64,000 nucleotides of DNA from an uncultured Synergistia bacterium (GTDB lineage Bacteria; Vulcanimicrobiota; SpSt-956; JAKJGF01): assembly GCA_964431735.1 (NCBI GenBank), contig CAYSLJ010000009.1:590-64589 (forward strand). Direction: 5' to 3'. Below are positions 9,501 to 16,929 of the stretch, piece by piece. Numbering within the stretch: position 1 is the first letter of the stretch; the number at the start of each line of letters is the position of its first letter. Made by a program: the position numbers and the translations under genes. Under the pieces are notes generated by a model, which had not been told where the DNA came from, ran no database searches, and saw only the letters and a program-made list of their open reading frames with translations.

Positions 9501-10006
9501 CCTTCACTGGCAGAAAAAGCCAGAAATCTGGATAAATCCCTGGAGGAAATGGTAAAAGCCAATTTCTATGTAGGCCAGGACGTAGATAAAGCAAAAGGGG
9601 TTGCCATTTATGCACCGGTAAAAAAACTTTCCCTATCAAGATATATCCTTGATGATGTATATCCCGAATTGAAACTGGCGAAAGAGACGGAATGGCTTAC
9701 CTTTATACAGGATCTTGCAAAAGACAAAAAACTTTATGCTTTTCTCAAATACCGTGGTGTAAGTCATGAAGACATAGATTTCCTTGATAAATGCTGGTAT
9801 AAGAGACTGTAAAGAAATAATCCTTGCAAATTGTCAGAACGGTTATTATCCTCGCGTGACGCGTTACGCGTTACGCGTCACGATATAGACTGTAAATATG
9901 ATGGAGTTATTTTTTCACAGACCCTAACATCTGTGAAATCACAAAAAAAAGTGTGGAAATAGGAAGTATAGGTGCTGCAATTACAGTCTTTAAATCTCTA
10001 AAGTAG
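9501..10006 (+). pseudogene. decayed fragment of a paralogue of the C11-like gene, split by a repeat module
   Basis: 9501-9812 encodes ..SLAEKARNLDKSLEEMVKANFYVGQ..GVAIYAP..VYPELKLAKETEWLTFIQ.., collinear with residues of the 7198-9261 product (HLAELAKELDKELGEMVIGNFYEGE..GIAIFAP..IYPELALNKETGWNDFIN). 9902-10006 encodes YFFT..SVEIGSIGAAIT, matching KFFT..GVSIGSIGLALT. There is no N-terminal domain and stops interrupt the frame. Confidence 0.75.
9804..9896 (-). repeat. about 73-nt module (ACGCGT heptamers + AATAACC..GGTTATT hairpin) bracketed by 10-bp direct repeats
   Basis: AGACTGTAAA at 9804-9813 and 9887-9896. The interior is about 90% identical to the reverse complement of 52282-52355. Confidence 0.85.
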
Positions 10007-10227
10007 CATGATGTAAGCTCTAACAAATATGCCTGTTCCAGTTTAGATTTTTTTCGGAGGAGCGCCAGGCAGGCAAAGCCAGGAGATTTATAATACCAAA
10101 ATTGATAGCAAAATGTTATAACCATTGACTGGAGGGGACAAAATTACAGATTATCTGTTGTCGTATTTATCACTATCAGCATTTTATTATGAGAATCGTG
10201 ACGCGTGACGGTAGGAACAGCTTCTCA

Positions 10228-11487
10228 TTAATTGATATCCTGCTCCTTTTTAATCAAACCTTCGTAATGCCTGGCAAGGGCAATGGCAGGTATAAATCTG
10301 ATGAGACTTATGGCAAGATTGAGAAAAGCCATATAATGAAGAGGTAAAGCCGTTACAATGAGGAGTAAACTTGCAAGACCGTCACCGAGTCGGCAGACAA
10401 AGGTTTCTACTATAGCCTTTCCCTGATATTTGAAATCCCTGTCAGTAGGCATATAAAGTATTTCTCTCGAAGCCCTGTTGAAGGAATATTCTGTGCTGTA
10501 ATTACCGATATGATACATACTTCCGAAGGTAAGGCTCCCGGAACAGATAAGGGAAAAAGAACCTGCCAGATTGACAAGGGGTGCTATTAAAACAGCCGGC
10601 ATCATACCTGCATATTTCACGATACGATGAACGCAGAATATCTGAAAAAACAATCCCAGTCCGTTAATCCATAGATTCATTTCTGCCCAGAATTCTGTCC
10701 TCAATGCCTTATCGGTAATACTGTATTTCACTATGGCATTCATCTGATTGTAAAGAACGGTTGCTCCTGAAGACATGAGAAAAGCGGCAAGCACCATCCA
10801 CTGAAGATATCCGGACTGAACAATCAGGGAAAAACCGCTTTCACCTTTTTCATGTTCCGATATTTTTTCCTGTTTATCCAGATCTTTGTCCCTGAGAGGA
10901 AGAAGCAAATACATAAAAGCAATTGTTATCATAAGAAGAAAGGAAGATAAAAAAAGAAGATTTTCCACTTCTATCCTGGTAGAAAGACTTGCCGTGAGGT
11001 AACTTCCCGCAAGTCCTCCGATAGTTCCACCTGCAGTTATTTTGCCGAAATAAGTCTTTGCATCATTGCTGTTACATATATCATTTACAAAAGACCAGAA
11101 CATGGTTACAGTGAAAACATTATAAATACCTACAAAGAAATAATATATTATTATCCATACATACCGTCCCGGTTGTATACCCAGAAAAGGTATATTTATT
11201 TGAGGCCATGACATCCTTAATATAAAGGCAAACAATAAAAGACATAAAGAAAAAAATATTGTTACAATCTTGATTAATCTTTTTGGATTTTGAATACATG
11301 CCAGTCTGTCGTAAATAAAATTAAAAAATAGAATGAATACCATAACTCCTATACCGAGATAGGGAACCCATTCATGAGGCAGTTCATTTGTAAGTGCTTC
11401 TCTCAGAGGTTTCACAATATAATAACCTGTCATTAAAGTAAATAACCACAGGAAAGATAACAGAGCAAGTTTATGTTCTCTTTTCAT
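10228..11487 (-). CDS. polytopic membrane transporter (MFS-like; N-terminus resembles Npt1/Tlc nucleotide-transporter family)
   Basis: 419 aa with about 11-12 hydrophobic helices. The N-terminal LTLMTGYYIVKPLREAL motif resembles the AAA/Tlc family signature. By-eye call. Confidence 0.5.
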   Translation of the reverse strand: MKREHKLALLSFLWLFTLMTGYYIVKPLREALTNELPHEWVPYLGIGVMVFILFFNFIYDRLACIQNPKRLIKIVTIFFSLCLLLFAFILRMSWPQINIPFLGIQPGRYVWIIIYYFFVGIYNVFTVTMFWSFVNDICNSNDAKTYFGKITAGGTIGGLAGSYLTASLSTRIEVENLLFLSSFLLMITIAFMYLLLPLRDKDLDKQEKISEHEKGESGFSLIVQSGYLQWMVLAAFLMSSGATVLYNQMNAIVKYSITDKALRTEFWAEMNLWINGLGLFFQIFCVHRIVKYAGMMPAVLIAPLVNLAGSFSLICSGSLTFGSMYHIGNYSTEYSFNRASREILYMPTDRDFKYQGKAIVETFVCRLGDGLASLLLIVTALPLHYMAFLNLAISLIRFIPAIALARHYEGLIKKEQDIN

Positions 11488-11565
11488 AATTACGATAGAA
11501 TAACACTACTTACATATTTTTGCAACTATAAACTATTTATTATTCAGGTTATTTGTGTTAATATA

Positions 11566-11599
11566 TTCGTGACGCGTAACGCGTGACGCGTAACGCGAG
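11566..11599 (+). repeat. CGTGACG/CGTAACG array upstream of nadK
   Basis: TTCGTGACGCGTAACGCGTGACGCGTAACGCGAG. Confidence 0.9.
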
Positions 11600-11634
11600 A
11601 TGATAAACCTGACTGAAGAGAGGAACTGTTTCAA

Positions 11635-12498
11635 ATGAAATCTGTCGGTTTGTTTCTCGACGATCAAAAAAAAGAAGCTATTGATACAGGGAAAAATTTA
11701 ATAAAATGGTTTAATGGGAAAAATCTTTCTGTCCTTACGACAAAAAGTCTGGCAAAAAAACTCTCCAGAGAAGAAATAGGATTGGAAAAAGAAGAACTTC
11801 TGAATAAGATAGACTGGGCGGTAACACTCGGCGGTGACGGAACATTTTTGAGATGGGCTCACTGGGTTTCGGCAAAATCCATTCCGCTTCTGGGTGTAAA
11901 TCTCGGAACCCTGGGATTTCTTACAGAGGTTAAATTATCCAACATATATGAAGATATAAATAAAGTCCTTGATGGAAAATTTGAAATAGAAAAAAGAATG
12001 ATGCTTGAAGTTACTGTTACTGTTGACGGAGAAAAGGTTTTTCGTGATATAATATTGAATGACGCAGTACTTTACAGAGCCCACCATTCTCGTTCGGTAA
12101 AAATCTGCGTAAAGGTAAGTGAGAAATTTAAGCTCACCTATTTCGGCGACGGAGTAATCATAGCAACTCCTACCGGTTCTACGGCATATTCTCTCTCTGC
12201 AGGAGGGCCCATAGTAAACCCGACTGTTGAAACAATCCTTGTAACACCGATATGCTCTCATTCTCTTTATCATAAACCCCTTCTGGTTCCTCCCAATGAC
12301 AGTATATGGCTGAGTAATGCAGAACCGACAAGAGATATAAGAATATCCCTTGACGGTCAGAAGGTATGGGAAATGAGTGATAATGATGTTGTACAGATAA
12401 GAAGGGCGGAAGAAACAACAAATTTTATAAAGATAGGAACAGATTATTACCAGTTGCTCAATGAAAAACTTCAATGGGGCGGCGTTTTATGTCAGTGA
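11635..12498 (+). CDS. nadK: NAD+ kinase
   Basis: GGDGTFLR, NLGTLGFLTE and DGVIIATPTGSTAYSLSAGGPIV motifs. 287 aa. Confidence 0.93.
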   Translation: MKSVGLFLDDQKKEAIDTGKNLIKWFNGKNLSVLTTKSLAKKLSREEIGLEKEELLNKIDWAVTLGGDGTFLRWAHWVSAKSIPLLGVNLGTLGFLTEVKLSNIYEDINKVLDGKFEIEKRMMLEVTVTVDGEKVFRDIILNDAVLYRAHHSRSVKICVKVSEKFKLTYFGDGVIIATPTGSTAYSLSAGGPIVNPTVETILVTPICSHSLYHKPLLVPPNDSIWLSNAEPTRDIRISLDGQKVWEMSDNDVVQIRRAEETTNFIKIGTDYYQLLNEKLQWGGVLCQ

Positions 12499-12628
12499 GT
12501 GGTGAAGAGTGAAAAGTGAGCAGGGGCGAACCACTGTGTTCGCCCGGTACCGGCAAAAATACGCATCACGCATTACGCATCATGCATCACGACCCACCCG
12601 TCACGCGTTACGCGTTACGCGTCACGAT
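12496..12628 (+). repeat. intercistronic mosaic element (GTGAnnn heptamers - GC hairpin - GGTACCGG - ACGCATC/ACGCGTT heptamers); archetype
   Basis: tGAGTGGTGAAGAGTGAAAAGTGAG, then GGGCGAAC-cactgt-GTTCGCCC (12524-12545), then GGTACCGG, then 10 in-phase ACGCnTn units ending GTCACGAT. Lies between the nadK stop and the next start. Confidence 0.9.
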
Positions 12629-12647
12629 TAAAAAAGAGGTGTAAATA

Positions 12648-13829
12648 ATGAAATTCAATTCTGAACATGCTTATAAATATACGGAAGATTTATCTTTCCC
12701 CCGATCTCCCGGCAGCGAAGGAGAGAAACAGGCAAGGGATTATATTATCGATAGTTTTAAACATAAGGAACTGGATGTGGAAATTCAGGAATTTAAATTT
12801 TCTACCTTCCCTCTTTCCGTTATGGCAAGGATTTTTCTATTGCTTCTCATAACAATGCAGATTCTTATGTATATCTGCTATGACAGAAATCCTTTATATT
12901 CTGTTTTGATTTCCTTTGTAGTTGTAAGTCTTATAATCACATCCACAAAATGGAGGAAAAATTATCATAAACTCTATGACGTTCCTTGGAAAGAAAAGAC
13001 TTCATGGAATATCATAGCCAGAAAAACAAAGGAAAATGCCACAAAAAATCTCATATTCCTTGCCCATTACGATTCAAAATCACAGACTCTTCCCGCTTTC
13101 TGGAGGGCAACTCTCTTCGGCACATCTCTCGTCGGAAGCGTTTCCCTCATAGGATTAACCACCGTGCTCGCAATATGTAAATTCATTGACTGGCCCGTTC
13201 CTGTGTGGGATAAAAGTCTTCTCTTTTATCTATGTGTCATTACAACTGTAGCTCTCTTTTTACTGCAACTTAACAGGTCAGGGAACAAATCTCCTGGCTC
13301 ACTGGACAATGCATCAGGCATTGGAGTTCTTCTAGAACTCGCGAAAATACTTCCTGAAGAGGTGAACAACACAAACCTTACTTTCATCGCAACAGGAGCG
13401 GAAGAAGACGGACTGTGCGGTGCGGTAAGATTTATGGAGACAGAAGGATATAAATACGATAAAGAAAAGACCTATTTTATAAATTTTGACGGCCCGGGAG
13501 CAGAAGGTAATATAATAATAACCTCTTCCTACGGAATACCTCCCTTTCATACGGGAGGCCTCCTGACTCCTCTGTCTTTAAAAATAGCAAAAGAACTTAA
13601 ATATCCTGTTACAAAGGGTTATATTCCTCTGGGAGCGGGACTGGATCAGTTTCCCGTATCGGTATACGGATTTCCTGTAATAACAGTATCAGGTGGTAAA
13701 TTATTTTCAAAGATAATTTTTGCAATTCACTCGGAATATGATAGAATGGATCTTATATCAAGACATGCTCTCGAAAGAGCCGGTAATCTGTGCTATAAAA
13801 TGGCTCTGGAGATAGACAGATATTTTTAG
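12648..13829 (+). CDS. membrane-associated M28 family metallopeptidase
   Basis: FLAHYDS, PGSLDNASGIGVLLELAK and TGAEEDGLCGA zinc-ligand blocks, with internal TM helices. Confidence 0.8.
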   Translation: MKFNSEHAYKYTEDLSFPRSPGSEGEKQARDYIIDSFKHKELDVEIQEFKFSTFPLSVMARIFLLLLITMQILMYICYDRNPLYSVLISFVVVSLIITSTKWRKNYHKLYDVPWKEKTSWNIIARKTKENATKNLIFLAHYDSKSQTLPAFWRATLFGTSLVGSVSLIGLTTVLAICKFIDWPVPVWDKSLLFYLCVITTVALFLLQLNRSGNKSPGSLDNASGIGVLLELAKILPEEVNNTNLTFIATGAEEDGLCGAVRFMETEGYKYDKEKTYFINFDGPGAEGNIIITSSYGIPPFHTGGLLTPLSLKIAKELKYPVTKGYIPLGAGLDQFPVSVYGFPVITVSGGKLFSKIIFAIHSEYDRMDLISRHALERAGNLCYKMALEIDRYF

Positions 13830-13895
13830 AGTTGAAAGTTGAGAGTTGAGAATTGAGAGTTTAAAACACTCAACACTCAACATTAAACCATAAAC
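13827..13895 (+). repeat. different heptamer family (GAGTTGA-type) followed by its inverted form (CAACACT)
   Basis: TAG-AGTTGAA AGTTGAG AGTTGAG AATTGAG AGTTTAA AACACTC AACACTC AACATTA. The array contains the stop of the M28 gene. Confidence 0.85.
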
Positions 13896-13915
13896 TATAT
13901 TTAAGAGGTGATTTT

Positions 13916-15040
13916 ATGTTAACAGAATTCGCTCCTCCCGAGAGAGCGGAACTTAAAGAAGTTATGGAACAGAATATGGCTTTAAAAGACCATACCCTTA
14001 TAAAAACACTCCTTGATAGTTCCCCTGATATGGTAGTCATACTGAACGAGTATCGGCAGATTATCCTGGCAAATGATAATTTTTTGAAATTTCTGAATAG
14101 AGAAGAAGAAAAGAATATTATCGGGAAAAGGCCGGGGGAAGCTGTAGGTTGTATTCATGCCGATGAAGGGCCGGGAGGATGTGGCACATCAAAATTCTGT
14201 AAATATTGCGGTGCAGCCCATGCTATAGTAAACACCATTACACAAAATAAAAAAGATGTACAGGAATGCAGGATAAATATCAGCGATGAAGCAGGTATTA
14301 CTGCATTAACACTTCGTGTATGGACAACACCTTTCAATATCAATGGCGATAACTATGTTATCTTCTGTGTCAGAGATGTATCAGATGAAAAATACCGTTA
14401 TATGCTCGAGAGGATTTTCTTTCATGATATTTTAAACCTTGCCGGAGGACTTCAGGGTATTATGGAATTAATGCCTGATCTGACAGAAGAAGAGGCAAGG
14501 GATTTTTATAAAGAAGGTCTCACTCTTTCAAGACAGCTTATAGGAGAAATAGAAAGCCAGCGTTCCCTTCTTCAGGCAGAAAGAGGAGATTTACATGTAA
14601 ATATTACAGAAATTTTTGTGCCTGAATTTCTGTCTGCCATATGTACACTCTATAGAAATCATCCTGTAGCGGAAAACAAAATTATGCCGGAACCGAACAT
14701 CAAAGGGGAACATTCTATAGACACAGACCAGGTACTGTTAAGTAGAGTAATAGGAAATCTCATAAAAAATGCTCTTGAAGCATCTGAACCGGGTCAGAAA
14801 GTAACAGTTTCTTATACAAATGATAAGAAAAATATTGTATTTTCTATCTATAATGAAAAAGAAATGCCTGAAGAAGTAAAAATGCAGATATTTAATCGTT
14901 CTTTCAGCACGAAAGCATCTTCAGGTAGAGGACTCGGCACATACAGCGTAAAACTTTTAACGGAAAGATATCTGAAAGGTAAAGTGGATTTTACTTCTAC
15001 AGAGGAAGGAACTACTTTTAATGTGAGATTGCCTGTTTAG
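13916..15040 (+). CDS. cytoplasmic sensor histidine kinase with Cys-rich PAS-like sensor
   Basis: PAS-like N-terminus carries CIHADEGPGGCGTSKFCKYCGAAH. H-box FFHDILNLAGGL, N-box NLIKNALEAS and G2-like GRGLGTYSV. Confidence 0.8.
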   Translation: MLTEFAPPERAELKEVMEQNMALKDHTLIKTLLDSSPDMVVILNEYRQIILANDNFLKFLNREEEKNIIGKRPGEAVGCIHADEGPGGCGTSKFCKYCGAAHAIVNTITQNKKDVQECRINISDEAGITALTLRVWTTPFNINGDNYVIFCVRDVSDEKYRYMLERIFFHDILNLAGGLQGIMELMPDLTEEEARDFYKEGLTLSRQLIGEIESQRSLLQAERGDLHVNITEIFVPEFLSAICTLYRNHPVAENKIMPEPNIKGEHSIDTDQVLLSRVIGNLIKNALEASEPGQKVTVSYTNDKKNIVFSIYNEKEMPEEVKMQIFNRSFSTKASSGRGLGTYSVKLLTERYLKGKVDFTSTEEGTTFNVRLPV

Positions 15041-15178
15041 TGAGTCGTGAGTAGGGAAAAGTGAATAGTGAATAGTGAAAAGTGAGTAGGGAAAAGTGAA
15101 TAGTGAATAGTAAAAAGTGAAGCCTGAAGGGTGAGCAGGCATACCCTGCGCATCACGCATCACGCGTCACGCGTCACG
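15038..15178 (+). repeat. intercistronic mosaic element
   Basis: About 12 GTGAnnn-type units, a weak AGGGT..ACCCT hairpin, then GCGCATCACGCATCACGCGTCACGCGTCACG. Confidence 0.85.
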
Positions 15179-15202
15179 TTTCCGTACAACAGGAGAATAA
15201 AA

Positions 15203-16135
15203 ATGACAACATATCTGATAACAGGGGGCTGTGGTTTTATAGGCTCCCACATAGCTGAAGAACTTTTAAAAAGTCAGGAAAATAAGATTATTATAATAGA
15301 TAATTTATCATCCGGATATTTAAAAAATATTGAACATATAAAAGACAGAGTGGAATTTATAGAAGCAGATATAAGAGATTTCAACAAAATACTTCACGCA
15401 ATGAAAGGTGTGGATTATGTTTTTCATGAAGCTGCTCTCGTATCGGTTTTCGATTCTATAAATCGCCCTCTTGATAATCACAGTATAAATCTAACTGGAA
15501 CTCTTAATATTCTGGAAGGTGCCAGAAGAAGTAAAGTAAAAAGAGTAGTCCTGGCAGGTTCTGCTGCAGTATACGGCAACGATCCTGTTCTTCCGAAGGT
15601 TGAAACTATGGTTCCATGCCCTCTGACTCCCTACGGGATATCAAAGCTGGGAAAAGAGTATTACGGAAAAATTTATTCGGAACTATATAATTTACCTGTC
15701 ATATCACTCAGATATTTCAATGTATTCGGCCCGCGGCAGGATCCGTCTTCTCCATATTCAGGTGTCATCTCAAAATTTACAGATAATATCCTGTCAGGCA
15801 AATCCCCCGTTATATTCGGCGATGGTCTGCAGACAAGGGATTTTGTATTTGTAAAAGATGTGGTAAAAGCAAATATTCTGGCTATGAACAGTAAGAAAGT
15901 TAAGGGCGGAGAAGTATTTAATATTGCCACAGGCATTTCGGAGAATCTTATAACATTACTGGAAATAATAAATAAAATTGCAGGAAAAAATATAAAGGCA
16001 ATCTATAAAGAGGAACGGGAAGGAGACATAAGACATTCTGCGGCAGATATAACAAAAGCCAGAGAGATACTGGGATATGAACCTTCTTTTACTCTGGAAG
16101 ATGGAATGAAAATACTTCTTTTAAATAGAGAGTAA
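15203..16135 (+). CDS. NAD-dependent nucleotide-sugar epimerase/dehydratase (SDR, UDP-sugar 4-epimerase-like)
   Basis: GGCGFIGSH Rossmann motif and YGISK catalytic YxxxK. AGGAG lies 7 nt upstream of ATG 15203. The longer track ORF from 15131 starts inside the repeat array. Confidence 0.88.
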   Translation: MTTYLITGGCGFIGSHIAEELLKSQENKIIIIDNLSSGYLKNIEHIKDRVEFIEADIRDFNKILHAMKGVDYVFHEAALVSVFDSINRPLDNHSINLTGTLNILEGARRSKVKRVVLAGSAAVYGNDPVLPKVETMVPCPLTPYGISKLGKEYYGKIYSELYNLPVISLRYFNVFGPRQDPSSPYSGVISKFTDNILSGKSPVIFGDGLQTRDFVFVKDVVKANILAMNSKKVKGGEVFNIATGISENLITLLEIINKIAGKNIKAIYKEEREGDIRHSAADITKAREILGYEPSFTLEDGMKILLLNRE

Positions 16136-16191
16136 TATCTTTTCCATCTAAATTCATACCAGTTCATTTAACGTTTTTTTATTCAGTTAAC

Positions 16192-16698
16192 TTATTTCGC
16201 CACTTCTGCATGTAAAACATGCCTGGCAGCTTTCTCTGATAACTTTGATCCGACATAACCTCCGAGAAGTGGCAGTCCAACCATAGCAGCCACAATTACC
16301 AGGCAGGCGACCCGCGCCACAGGGCCTTGTGCTAATGTTGCGTTCATCAGGACACTGTTAATGGATGGAGAGGATGATGCATGGAATGCTAAAGCGACAT
16401 ATGCAGCTGTTCCTCCAATCACACCGGTTGCAGTTCCTAATGCTTTCGCCGTCATTACTGTAACCTCTTTAAAATCTTTTTTAGAAAAGGACGGTGATAC
16501 ATTATTCTCCTTAGCAATTTCACTGGCAGCAAAATTTTTTAGTTTTTTCATAAGTTCTATATTGGCATCTTCCGATCTTCCATTGAAAATAGCTATATCT
16601 TTAATCTCTTCCCCGTCTTTTCTGGCAACTAAAATACCTGAAACATTGCCGGTAGAAACATTTTTTATCGGACTCTGGCTAATTTTCATAAAAAACAT
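16192..16698 (-). CDS. hypothetical protein with Gly/Ala-rich hydrophobic C-terminus
   Basis: 168-aa ORF downstream of pelG on the same strand. The C-terminal GTATGVIGGTAAYVALA..VAAMVGLPLLGGYVG is glycine-zipper-like. Confidence 0.45.
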   Translation of the reverse strand: MFFMKISQSPIKNVSTGNVSGILVARKDGEEIKDIAIFNGRSEDANIELMKKLKNFAASEIAKENNVSPSFSKKDFKEVTVMTAKALGTATGVIGGTAAYVALAFHASSSPSINSVLMNATLAQGPVARVACLVIVAAMVGLPLLGGYVGSKLSEKAARHVLHAEVAK

Positions 16699-16929
16699 CC
16701 TCTCCGTATATATAAATAAAATTATCCTTCTACTATAGAATATTCAGATATTCAAGTAAAAGTTTCATTTATTTTATTATAATTATTTTTCTTTCTGCTG
16801 TCTTTATAATAATAACACAATAATAATAACACATTCCATCAGGTGGGCTGTTATAAAAGTTTTGTTCCTGAGTAAAATCAGGCATAGCAAACGAATCGAA
16901 GTAATCTCACTGTTATATGGAACATTGGT

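Noticed and set aside
9804-9896. AGACTGTAAA direct repeats as a target-site duplication of a MITE insertion
   Set aside because: The independent copy at 52273-52364 is bracketed by nearly the same motif (TTTACGTCT / TTACAGTCC). The motif is therefore more likely part of the element, or a preferred target, than a random TSD. I kept it as an open finding rather than a mobile-element call.
9907-10125. 72-aa minus-strand ORF
   Set aside because: It overlaps the plus-strand pseudogene remnant in a decayed region, and it has no RBS or recognisable features.
11935-12474. Long antisense ORFs inside confident genes (for example 423-767, 849-1175, 11935-12474, 54192-54515, 57309-57866, 63191-63625)
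   Set aside because: They lie opposite well-supported CDSs with clear family motifs, and their composition (Cys/Phe/Tyr/Ile-rich) is typical of antisense frames in AT-rich DNA.
15131-15202. N-terminal extension of the epimerase ORF (MSRHTLRITHHASRVTFPYNRRIK)
   Set aside because: It is encoded by the ACGCATC/ACGCGTC heptamer array. A good AGGAG RBS precedes ATG 15203, which is followed directly by the GGCGFIGSH Rossmann motif.
16192-16698. 168-aa gene after pelG as the missing PelC
   Set aside because: It has no signal peptide or lipobox Cys, and it has a hydrophobic G/A-rich C-terminus, unlike the PelC lipoprotein.
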